Origin: Nemertoderma westbladi
Taxonomy: Eukaryota > Animalia > Xenacoelomorpha
Direction of reading: 5' to 3'
Assembly: GCA_032718475.1 (NCBI GenBank)
Contig: JAUCBJ010004696.1
Span: 1-37,327, forward strand
DNA length: 37,327 bases
This document shows, piece after piece, positions 10,601-19,765 of the stretch (its first letter is position 1; each line of letters opens with the position of its first letter). The notes below the pieces were generated by a model. That model saw nothing but the letters and a program-made list of their open reading frames with translations, did not search any database and was not told the origin of the DNA. The translations under genes and the position numbers were made by a program.

Positions 10601-11749
10601 GTAGTAGAAACTCGATCTAACTACACCGACCAGCACATCGTGGCAGAAGGAATCACGCTGCCATCCTCCAACCGACAAAAACCCCAGACAACATCCACTA
10701 AGACGGCCACTTACGCCACACCGACGGAATCACGACAATTCTCAGACGGTAATAGAGTATCTGCGCCCATTGGGACGAAACAGACGAGACAGCAACTCAG
10801 CACCGACTTCAACGGCTGCCAATACTGCGAGCATCTAGGTAAGCGGTATATTGGTCACAAGTTACGAGGTTGTCGACAATTTCGCGAGTTGAACTCGGAA
10901 GAACGACGGCTGCAGATACGGCCACTGGACTCTTGTTGGCGGTGTACGCGACACGGACACATGCGTAAGGATTGCCCAAATACTGACACTTGTCCATCCT
11001 GTGGACGCAACCACGACGGTCTGCTCCACACAGACAGCCACACGCCGACGAAACGCTTCGCCAGGGAACACCCGGAAGCAGCAGCGAGATGTGATGCGGC
11101 CTACCGAAAACGAGAATCGAAAACGACTCCAACCTTCGTGACCCATATTGAGGATTGCTTCTCAGAACAATCCGGATCGTCGGACGAAGAATCAGAAGAC
11201 GACGATGAATATTCCAATGGAGACGAACAACCGTCGATCGCGCTCCTGACTACTGATCAACTGAAGGGGTTCAGTGTAATCCCGATCAAGGTTACTGGCA
11301 CAAAAGGGAGCAAGAGGATCTATGCGATTCTAGATTCAACCTCATCCCATAGCTACGTGGACAAAAAGATAGCTGACGTCGTGACGGATCTAAAACAAGG
11401 TAAGCACGTCAGTTATACAGTAAGTAGTATGCACGGACAGCGTGCAATACCAGTGACACGAGTTAAGTTGGACTTAGACTCTCTTCTTCCAAAATCGCAA
11501 CACAGCGAGAGGGAGAGGTCTTTGTTGCCCTTTAGAGATCTAACTTTTGCGGCCACGAAGGACTTTAGTAACCTACTAGGTCCAGTGCCGGAACAATCTC
11601 TGGAGGACCGTAAGTATTTCAGACACCTTGGTGTACCCGAATGTCCTGTCAATTATAGATCGGTAGCAATGCTGATCGGGACGGACCAATTCAACCTACA
11701 TCAGGTGTGGGAAACCAGACCATCGGCAGTTGTAGCGGGAAACGCATAA
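7643..11749 (+). CDS. gag: BEL/Pao Gag plus aspartic protease (N-terminal part of the polyprotein; ends at an in-frame TAA)
   Basis: 1368 aa. Long E/Q/A/R coiled coil; PPKFSG...W..F capsid-like block typical of Pao Gag; CQYC..H..C, CWRCTRHGHMRKDC and CPSCGRNHDGLLH; protease motif YAILDSTSSHSYV and MLIGTD. Confidence 0.92.
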   Translation: MSDKQDYTKNTPTDYDSCDADKSAAEDQQGKTREPTEPTPCASPVHPTGVPDAVVRGDGRTEDFLTVPQPRHRETEMVSSAGSTESVVRSVGGYMAHITRSIGEGQRILDELTAPMSRFEFYTLQVRVQSRVHKSVDNLIGLQDLARQRQDMDTQLRILEKLMITREKLIQFKSTIRQIQQEQADQLLGESVSDELLQPEEEQELYRLDGQLKHLTDHLRMCGEDVGDLEAVPEYTRETSFAQIESAPGMLNQSLVSICSEICEGSIVTSEVARQQQEFHRQRQEMEEQAQLLVMQAAVEEEKLRVANIARISHLQEQAELEAAEVERLEVDIARQAAAAAAEVERQAAAAELERQNAAAELERQTAAAEAELKRERLVSEARAEMRTRQIKAQSAIRQAEFEAQRQQTEQREKTAKLHFELEKKARELANAEEDLDQKARDRSMRSRDGHDLDQLEVRHRQIQERKKEGSVGAPGREQQLVKDVCQRFPQVTHMFAPVTTKEPVSIAGSRDISPIHGATEHRFVIPDEFTPPRATSSPIPKVKVSNPPITDRSSLLTAPALLTTKQVSPPLTPKPVTHYTYPMTFRPTRPLDSKAVTRPPNQFTSQSTTSRKTCEPTEQWRPVDTRPFNQFTSQSTTSRKTCEPTEQRKRDDVPKRNVRIRTTQRTRARRPPYPDDSSTSSESDYPKREVFRTGAADEYKRERSDNSFVDNPPQNTPTQKALPPAGAIGAQQFADIVNKLARIEERLEEGYTDSSRNSEFEHNRHPKEPQRQVPSNPTSYQGKAPRRDINKVINQGRETLNVAEEIAKFAARQGLPVQQPPKFSGSSKHWHTFVDYIESQIAVCAFTSREKFNYLLQTLSGEPKRLAETFVGVPDAFELAYDRLTSIYGGTVSMARSVIEELCKGGAITKPVDLLKLADEIKNAITTLRSIGQLDYGNTPTVLLKIIGRLHHRLRREWRKVEYQREERGGFLKLEDVYLLISREAVVETRSNYTDQHIVAEGITLPSSNRQKPQTTSTKTATYATPTESRQFSDGNRVSAPIGTKQTRQQLSTDFNGCQYCEHLGKRYIGHKLRGCRQFRELNSEERRLQIRPLDSCWRCTRHGHMRKDCPNTDTCPSCGRNHDGLLHTDSHTPTKRFAREHPEAAARCDAAYRKRESKTTPTFVTHIEDCFSEQSGSSDEESEDDDEYSNGDEQPSIALLTTDQLKGFSVIPIKVTGTKGSKRIYAILDSTSSHSYVDKKIADVVTDLKQGKHVSYTVSSMHGQRAIPVTRVKLDLDSLLPKSQHSERERSLLPFRDLTFAATKDFSNLLGPVPEQSLEDRKYFRHLGVPECPVNYRSVAMLIGTDQFNLHQVWETRPSAVVAGNA
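8645..8770 (+). repeat. 27-bp coding repeats (RQAAAAELE) in the Gag coiled coil
   Basis: Repeated CGACAAGCGGCAGCGGCCGAG-like units. Confidence 0.8.
9437..9586 (+). repeat. 84-bp-period tandem duplication in gag
   Basis: NQFTSQSTTSRKTCEPTEQ is encoded twice, with the DNA copies 84 bp apart. Confidence 0.9.
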
Positions 11750-14700
11750 GCCTGCAGAACGCCGATAGGGTGGTATACTCGAGCGCCTGTGCGCACACTA
11801 GACGTAAGTGACGAGGAAGATGATGTACAGAGTACATGTAGTTTATTAACTACAAATTCAATTCATTCCTTCTCACACGACGTGAACCATACTACACTAC
11901 AGTCGACAAAACACGACAGACGTGTAACTAGTATGATAAGTCACAAGGAGCAGCTAACCCACAAGGTGAGTTTAGAACTTGGGGGGAAGACGAGACAGCT
12001 AGAGATTCCATCGACGACAGATGATAGGCTTGCGAGTCTACCTACCCCAATAACCTCAACAGTGCCCGTCGATATTGACGATGACGCGTTGAAAATTCAT
12101 CAGTTGGAACAAGCCGCCTTGGACAAAGAATTAACGGAGAAGACTATCAGGTGGTTAGAACAAGATACAGCTGAACCTGGTAGCTACGAACCTTGCATGT
12201 CGGAACAGGAGAAACAATCTCTGAAAATCATGGAAGATACTATCCGCCAGACGAAAGACGGACATTATGAGGTAGGGATGTTATGGCGTAGCCAAAGTCC
12301 TAAACTTATAAACAACTATCCACTGGCTTTAAGACGTCTACACTCAATACGGCAACGTCTATTAAAGGACGAGAAAGCCCATCTGCAGTATAACACTCAA
12401 ATGGAGACGTATTTGACAAAGGGATACGCTATCCGAATGACTAACCCGGAGCAAGTGACCGACCAGACGTACTACTTGCCACATCACTACGTGAGACACC
12501 CCGACAAACCAGACAAAGTACGTGTAGTCAATGAATGTGCGGCTCTGTTTGAGGGAATGTCCCTCAATAGTGAGTTGATGGATGGACCGAACATGAATAA
12601 TTATCTTATGGGGGTGATTATGCGCTTCCGTCAGCGTCAAGTAGCTTTGACTTGTGACGTTGAAGCGATGTTTCACCAAGTAAAAGCGTTAGAGCAAGAC
12701 AGAGACAGTTTGCGGTTCCTCTGGTACCCGGAAGGAGATTTAAGTCTACCACCGGCGACTTACCAAATGCAAGTTCGCGTTTTCGGTGCCAGAGACAGCC
12801 CAAATTGTACGATGTACGCCCTAAAGCAGGCCGCTAGAGATCAGAAACATTTATATGACCCAGAGATAATTAGAATTGTGGAGCGTGACTTTTACGTTGA
12901 TGACGGATTACAGAGTTGCGACACAGTAGAACGTGCTACAACAGTGGCACATCAATTACGGGACTGCTTGGCGGGCGGAGGTTTTAACCTCACCAAATTC
13001 GCCTCAAACAGTGCCGAATTAGTAGACTCATTCGGAACTACTGAGCGTGGAAGAGGTGACATAGACCTAGAGTTCGAACCACTACCGACGACTAAGGTGT
13101 TGGGGCTCTTTTGGGACCCAAACACAGACAACTTTCGAGTGAAGGTGAGACTGGACAGTCAAGGGAACACACTGACCAAGAGATCATGCTTGTCAAAATT
13201 GAGCCGATTGTTTGATCCGTTAGGATTCATCAGTCCAGTGATACTGCAAGCCCGCATTTATATGCGCAGTATATGGAAAGATGGACTAACATGGGACGAG
13301 CCGATCTCATCAGACCAAGTGGACTTATGGAAGACCTGGGAGGCGGAATTATCTTCGCTAGAGGATTATTTCATACCCAGGGTTTACTTTCCATTGCAAA
13401 GTACATTTCCTGACAACTTGGAACTACACTGTTTTTCTGACGCCAGTGACAACGGTTTTGGTGTGGCAGCGTACTTACGCAGACAAGTAGAATCAGACGA
13501 GTTCGATGTTTCGCTCATTACTTCTAAGGCTAAGACCATGCCTACTAAGTATATGACGACACCACGAGCCGAGCTACAAGCCGCAACCCTGTCAACCACC
13601 ATCGTGAACCTCATACAGACAGAACTACAGTCGAGTTTACAGATATTTTATTGGACTGACGCGACGTTGGTTTTATTTTACATAAACAACGACACACTTG
13701 AATTCAAGACATTCGTTGCTAACCGTCGCGCGGAAATTCTAGACCGTTCAATAAAAGGGGATTGGCGACATTGTCCCGGACCACAAAACCCAGCTGATAT
13801 TGCGTCGCGAGGAATGATGCCTGAGGAATTCTGTAAACCGGAGAACAAAGAATTTTGGCAACACGGACCCCAATTCTTGCAGAAATCTACACAAGATTGG
13901 CCTCCGTTATACGACAATAAATCTAACACTATCCCGAAGGACGCCGAAATCAAGAAACCAAAAAAGGGGAAGACAAAGAAAAGGACAACGGCGGCAAAAC
14001 TCAAGAAAAAACCGAAGGCGAAATGGAAAGATATAACTTCAAAGGTCAAGAGAGGAAGACTTGCGAGCCTTTCTACACCAGACATATCGCCAGACGGTCA
14101 ACCAGACACGTTACTAGACGGTCAACCAGACGTTTTGCCAGACATATCACAAAATGTTCTACCAGACACTAGTGACGTACTGACAAACAGTAAAGCCGCA
14201 GTTTCCCTATTGGAGCGGCCTTCTGTTGACAAACAACCAGATACGTTACCAGACGTATCGCCAGACACATTACTAGACAGTCGACTAGACATTTTGTCAG
14301 AAACATCACAAAATGTTCTACCGGACATTAGTAATGTACCGACTAACAATAAAGCCGCAGTTTCCCTATTGGAGCGGCCTTGTATTGACAAACTACCAAT
14401 TTTGACACACTTGAACAACCATAAGCACGGTGAAACCTCATGTATTACAGATGTGGGTAGTACCTACGCTAATGTAAATACAGGTGTTACTTTGCGCTCA
14501 AGAGACATACCGAACTTGCAACCTATGATGAGACCTGGGATTAATGTCGGCAGGAAAATAAGTTTACCGAAACCTGCTGACCCCATAGAGTTCAAACCAC
14601 CATTAACAATCGACTTACAAAGTACTGACGATCAAGGTAAGAAGACGAAGAAGGACAAATTACTTGTAGACCCCGACGGATCAACAGTCAACAAGGGAAT

Positions 14701-15229
14701 ACTTACCGGCGGACCCGTGGGCCCTTCTAGTAATTCAAAACCTTCCAAAATTTCCATTGACTTACCTGATGACGTCACAAATACTCATGTCGACCGTATT
14801 GTAAACTTAACAGATTCTTGGTCGAACGCTTGCCGAAAACTAGCGTGGATTGTACGTTTTGTACAATACGTTAAAGGCAAACGTGACTTTACACGTCGAC
14901 TTACATTGGCTGAGATTGACAGGTGTGAGATTAAATTAATTCGCCATTACCAACTGCGATATTTCGCGCGCGAATTCACATCTATAAGTCAAGGTCAACC
15001 AATCAAGTCGTCACCAATACTGAGTTGGAGTCCGATAATTTATAATGGCTTAATTTGTCATAAATCTCGGCTTCAAAATATTGACTTTAACACAAACTTT
15101 AGGTACCCAATAATAATACCGCAACATCACGAACTACAACGTGCAATGATACTGGACGCACATTTACATCTGAAACACGCTGGAAGACACCACTGTCTTT
15201 CCTACTTACGTACTATTTGTATTAATTAG
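11750..15229 (+). CDS. pol: Pol: reverse transcriptase, RNase H, long linker and start of the integrase zinc finger
   Basis: In frame with the preceding ORF (...GNA*ACRTPIGW...). YYLPHH, KVRVV, DVEAMFHQV, FGARDSP, FYVDD, KVLGLFW, LFDPLG, FSDAS, PRAELQAA, YWTDA, NPADIASRG, HLHLKHAG. Confidence 0.95.
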   Translation, partial: ACRTPIGWYTRAPVRTLDVSDEEDDVQSTCSLLTTNSIHSFSHDVNHTTLQSTKHDRRVTSMISHKEQLTHKVSLELGGKTRQLEIPSTTDDRLASLPTPITSTVPVDIDDDALKIHQLEQAALDKELTEKTIRWLEQDTAEPGSYEPCMSEQEKQSLKIMEDTIRQTKDGHYEVGMLWRSQSPKLINNYPLALRRLHSIRQRLLKDEKAHLQYNTQMETYLTKGYAIRMTNPEQVTDQTYYLPHHYVRHPDKPDKVRVVNECAALFEGMSLNSELMDGPNMNNYLMGVIMRFRQRQVALTCDVEAMFHQVKALEQDRDSLRFLWYPEGDLSLPPATYQMQVRVFGARDSPNCTMYALKQAARDQKHLYDPEIIRIVERDFYVDDGLQSCDTVERATTVAHQLRDCLAGGGFNLTKFASNSAELVDSFGTTERGRGDIDLEFEPLPTTKVLGLFWDPNTDNFRVKVRLDSQGNTLTKRSCLSKLSRLFDPLGFISPVILQARIYMRSIWKDGLTWDEPISSDQVDLWKTWEAELSSLEDYFIPRVYFPLQSTFPDNLELHCFSDASDNGFGVAAYLRRQVESDEFDVSLITSKAKTMPTKYMTTPRAELQAATLSTTIVNLIQTELQSSLQIFYWTDATLVLFYINNDTLEFKTFVANRRAEILDRSIKGDWRHCPGPQNPADIASRGMMPEEFCKPENKEFWQHGPQFLQKSTQDWPPLYDNKSNTIPKDAEIKKPKKGKTKKRTTAAKLKKKPKAKWKDITSKVKRGRLASLSTPDISPDGQPDTLLDGQPDVLPDISQNVLPDTSDVLTNSKAAVSLLERPSVDKQPDTLPDVSPDTLLDSRLDILSETSQNVLPDISNVPTNNKAAVSLLERPCIDKLPILTHLNNHKHGETSCITDVGSTYANVNTGVTLRSRDIPNLQPMMRPGINVGRKISLPKPADPIEFKPPLTIDLQSTDDQGKKTKKDKLLVDPDGSTVNKGILTGGPVGPSSNSKPSKISIDLPDDVTNTHVDRIVNLTDSWSNACRKLAWIVRFVQYVKGKRDFTRRLTLAEIDRCEIKLIRHYQLRYFAREFTSISQGQPIKSSPILSWSPIIYNGLICHKSRLQNIDFNTNFRYPIIIPQHHELQRAMILDAHLHLKHAGRHHCLSYLRTICIN
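14075..14400 (+). repeat. Internal tandem duplication (PD-rich units) in the RNase H-integrase linker
   Basis: SQNVLPD...KAAVSLLERP is encoded twice; AAAGCCGCAGTTTCCCTATTGGAGCGGCCTT is duplicated near 14192 and 14351. Confidence 0.85.
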
Positions 15230-16295
15230 ACCAAGTAAAGCATTAAGTTCAGTGACACGTACGTGTATTATTTGTAAAAAGGTACATTCTAGAATAGGTA
15301 CCCAAGAAATGAGTGAACTACCACAAGCACGACTTCAAGCATTCAGGCCACCTTTTACAGAGACTGGAATTGATTGCTTTGGTCCCATACATACGAAACG
15401 TGGACGCATACTAGTAAAACGCTGGGGACTGATTTTCACATGTATGTCCAGTAGGGCAGTTCACATTGAACGTGTGATGGATCTTTCCACCAACGCGTTT
15501 ATACTAGCACTGCGGCGATTTATCGCTAGACGCGGACTAGTAAAATGCTTGTACTCAGACCAAGGGACAAACTTTGTTGGTGCTCGGAATGAAATTGCTA
15601 GAGCCTTTAAGAAATTAGACCATGATCAAATCTCGAACGAACTACAACCTCACAAGATTGTTTGGAAGTTCAATCCTCCAGATAGTCCTTGGAGAGGCGG
15701 AGTCTGGGAGAGATTGATTAGATCTATCAAGACAGCCATGGCAAAAGTCATTCCAGTAAACCACATATTGACAGACGACCAACTGACAACATTGTTTGTT
15801 GAAATCGAGGCAATACTAAATACTAGACCAATAGTATTAGTACCCGATGACAAACAATCTCAGTTTGCTTTGACTCCGGCACACCTGCTAATGCAGGCAC
15901 CGACGACTTTGACGCCTATTTCTATTCCAACAGAAAGCGACAGCTACGGTAGAAAAGCGTGGAAAATCACGCAACTACTGGCTAACAAATTCTGGGAAAT
16001 ATGGCAAAACCATTATTTGCCCTCTATTTCTGCCAGAACAACTTGGTACAATAACACCCGCGCATTAAAGCCGGGAGATCACGTGCTGTTGGCAGAAGTG
16101 AATCTGAAAAGACGCTTCTGGATAACAGGTGTAATTTTAGCCACACATCCATCTATGGATGGAGTGACAAGAACTGTGACGGTACGGACAATTGACGGTC
16201 GTACAGTAGACAGACCGACTCAACGTCTCGTACTCCTTGAAGAGACTCGTAACGAGTCTGGAGACTACAAATCTCCACCTAATACTAGTAAATAA
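15230..16295 (+). CDS. Integrase core and Pao-type C-terminal domain (frameshifted relative to pol)
   Basis: CIIC, GIDCFGP, RAVHIE, SDQGTNF, GGVWERLI, NTRP, LTPAHLL, FWEIW...YL, GDHVLL, DGVTRTV. Frame changes near 15215-15230, between the HH and CC of the zinc finger. Confidence 0.95.
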
Positions 16296-16957
16296 TTAGG
16301 AGTTTACAAATAGATTTCCACGTACCTGTACACCGTAGTAAGGACAGCGGTAGAATTCCATTGTCTTTATATGTGAACATTGAGGGTAGTACCCTTATGT
16401 GTCACATAGGAGCGGGATTTGTAGGTATAAGAAATGGAATTCTACTTGGAACTCACAATATTGAGACATTTTCGAAATTTTAGACAATCCATTTGGATTT
16501 GAAAAATTTTTAAAATTTTCTCCAGTGAATAGATTTCAGGGTACAGTCGGGTGGAACTTAAAATTAGAGAAACAAGAGAGGAAGACTTGCAAGCCTTTCT
16601 TAAAATTTTAATTAAATTTTACACGGTCTTGTTTCAATAAGTTACGCAAATAAATAGACTCCCCTATATTTATTACTAATTCTTGACTGCTTATTTTCTG
16701 ATAATAGTTTGGGATCAAAAAGTGAGTATTTTAGACTCACAGCCAGTTTAGCCCAAATTCGTTTTTATTTCGGCAAAAAATTTTAGATAAGAAGCAGCGT
16801 GTCATTAAAGAAACCCTAGATCTTAGGCTATGGGTAGGAGGTTAGAGCGTTGTCGAAGCCCAAAAGGCAGACGAAACTCTCACGTCTCCTCACAACTAAC
16901 CACAAACTCTGTTGTATTCCCTCTAGTAGTAATGATTATGTAACTACACCCCTAATT

Positions 16958-18965
16958 ATGGAGAAAGGGACACAAGGAGAGCCGAGATGGGGATATGATA
17001 TCCAAGAGGAGGCAGCAGCGCCATTCGAAAGATTTGGAGCCAAGGATTATACTATATTCGGTATAAAAGAATTATCGGAAAGTACAGCGAAACTCGCGAG
17101 AACTAAATATGACTCGAACGTATTAAAGAGAAGGCAAAACACATTAAACGAAAGAATCGAAAGTTTGCGCCAAACCTTCAACGAACTTTACCCGTACGAT
17201 GCTTTGTGTGATACGGGAGACATTAGCGAAGACCCCGATACTGAAATTAGTCGTTTGTATCATACCATGCAATACCTAAAGGCGCACGAACCTATGCCCG
17301 CGGTACGCGATGAATTCGATGGAATGCATCTTTACAGACGAACTCGAGGGGACGATAGAGAAACCAAGGAAGCATTTTCAGTTTATAAACTTTATTATCA
17401 ATGCGGTTCTTGTATGCGCGAACAACGAAATGCGATTCCGATGCGTTTGAATAAGGAAAATCCCGAACCGATATTGGCGAGGTGTTCGAACCATCAACAA
17501 CTATGTTACCCTATGAAGGAGAACGTATCGTGGAGATTACGGAAGAATCACGGCAGACGCGCGCGCCTATCGGTCACCTCGGTGATGAATTCGAAGTAAC
17601 TACTACGATCGCCGACGATCCTTTAGAGGAACTTCTTGAGATAGAAAGGAACCTCCCGAAGAAATCTCAGACGGAGATTCGACAACTTGAAGCAACAGAT
17701 GCATAGTTTGTATACAACCTTCAGAAACCTACCAACCCATAGACCCAGATGATTACGATTATAGTGTGGGAGGAAGCGCTCGACCGATTGGAGATCTTAT
17801 ATACGAACGAGTGTGGTACCCTGCCAATACGATGTGTAGTAAATGTGGCGTCGCTGGACATCATATGACAAAGTGCAGTGGAAAGCACATTACTACGACT
17901 CAGCTAATCTGTGGATGGTGTGGGGATCAAGGGTCTCATACCTTTTATACTTGCTGGAGATTTATGGCTCAATGTACTTACTGCAATATAAAAGGACATC
18001 GAGCATCTGAATGCCAACTAAGGGACATACCTTATGAACACGAATCTGTAAAACTCGTGAGGAAGTTATTTGCTGAGTGGGAAGATTTAGCCGACGAACA
18101 TGTATCGGCACAAAGAAGACGGTTTCCGATGAGAGCGCATCTCGGATTTTGGGCGGTAAATCCTCAAACGATGATGTCGGAAGGATATATCTCCGCTATG
18201 CCCCAATATGACGAACTTATCGAGGTTGTCGATATTTTGCCCCACGACAGCGGATTCCGAGTGGTGCGCGAGTATCTGTTACAGATTCACCCAGATAACA
18301 AAAACACGTGGAATTTTCAGAAAGTCGTTAATCGTATCACGTATGGTGAATTTGATCGTTTCCGAACTGAAAAGCGGAATAAAGGAGCTTGGTTAACCGT
18401 CGCATGGGCGTACCGAGCCGCGTTTTACCATAAACGTATACGAGCGAGCGTATTCGAGGAAGAAGAGGTCCTAGAGGCGACGAATATACCAGCCACTCCG
18501 GTTGCGCCGTCTGCACGTCACCCTCGGGAGGACGGACAGGGTAGGATCATACGGGTCCAGAAAGTGGGCCAACAATTAAAGAAAATTATTAATGTAGAAG
18601 AACGCAAGGGAGCTGAGCCGACCATTCGAGTTACTCGGGATACGGTATCACTTCCAAGAGAACCAGTAGGAGGATCGGGACATACACCAGCTGATCAACA
18701 AGGGGCGCAAGCTACTCTTGGGTCTGCGTCGTCCGCTTCTCGCGCGTTCCCAGACGTTCTACCAACTGTAGTGACGACTGATCGGTCACGAGGAATCGGT
18801 CGAGGTTTTGGGATGCCAAATAGACGAATTTGCGAGGAAATAGTTGCACCGTCTCTCAACGTCCCAAGTAAACCAGTGACTCGTCCCATTAGTCCCATAT
18901 CGCGAGCAAAGTCACCTGTGCGCAGTTTTCGAGGACGCGGCAGGGCTCGATCCACTAAGCGATAA
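16958..18965 (+). pseudogene. Accessory ORF3 of element A: unknown N-terminus, three CCHC zinc knuckles, basic RS/RG tail; two frameshifts
   Basis: Three ORF-track pieces; the last two align in order with element B ORF3. CSKCGVAGHHMTKC, CGWCGDQGSHTFYTC, CTYCNIKGHRASEC. Frame changes near 17480 and 17703. Confidence 0.8.
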
Positions 18966-19757
18966 AAGGGAGGGCAAGGGTGGACGGAAGACTCGTGGGC
19001 CTTTCTTATTGTATTGTTCTAAACTTATGCAATTGTATTGTTCCAAATTTATTGCTCAGAACTTATGCAATTTATTTTATATTTAGAAAGTTTTATATTC
19101 TGGAAGAACTCATACCTAAAGAGTAAGAATTTATATTTTATATTTACGTGATTATTTCGAACTTATGCAATTTATATTGTTCCGAATATTATGCAATTTA
19201 TATCTTATAAGCAGTATTTGTATTTACAGTGAAATAGAAAGTAAGAGTAGACGGAAGACTCGTGGGCCTTTCTTATAGTTTCATTTGTAAAGTGTTATTT
19301 TGTATTTAGAAAGTTTTATAGTCAGAAAGTTTTGTGCTCAGAAAGACTCATATTTGTAATTATTCCAAACTTATGCAATCTACATTTAGGTACGAAAGTA
19401 TTTGTAATTACTTGCATTTATGTAATATTTGAGATGCAATAGTAGATGGAAGACTCGCGAGCCTTTCTTTTTGTTTTCATTTATTTGTATTTGTAATTGT
19501 TTGAATTTATGCAATATTGAGATGCAATAGATTTATATTGGTGAATTTAATTTAGATTTATATTGTACTTACTTAGTAAAGCCTTAAATACGTAAAGTTT
19601 GAATTTGTAATTATTTTTTGTATCGAATTATTACGTAGAAAGGAAGTATTATTTGAAATTTAATTTGTAAATATGTAAGTACGCCCTAAGTATTCTATAG
19701 TTTGATTGATTATTGGTGAAAACCGTATATTTTATGCACGATAATATCCTGTTTTCA
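18966..19757 (+). repeat. AT-rich 3' UTR of element A built from degenerate internal repeats
   Basis: Repeated (AC)TTATGCAAT, TTTAGAAAGTTTTATA, and three copies of the GGAAGACT...GCCTTTC hairpin. Confidence 0.7.
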
Positions 19758-19765
19758 TGGAGCGG
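19758..19765 (+). promoter_or_regulatory. Short plus-strand primer (PPT position) TGGAGCGG
   Basis: Directly abuts the 3' LTR; the same CTGTTTTCATGGAGCGG precedes the element B LTR (ending at 35000). Confidence 0.7.

Noticed and set aside
11747-11749. Programmed gag-pol stop-codon readthrough
   Set aside because: The stop falls inside the protease C-terminal region, where a Tyr codon fits, and BEL/Pao elements normally have one fused ORF; a nonsense mutation or sequence error is more likely.
7684-15853. Antisense and alternate-frame ORFs overlapping gag-pol
   Set aside because: Short, motif-free shadows of the main reading frame.
16958-18965. env gene
   Set aside because: No signal peptide, transmembrane segment or fusion-protein pattern; it has zinc knuckles and a basic tail instead.
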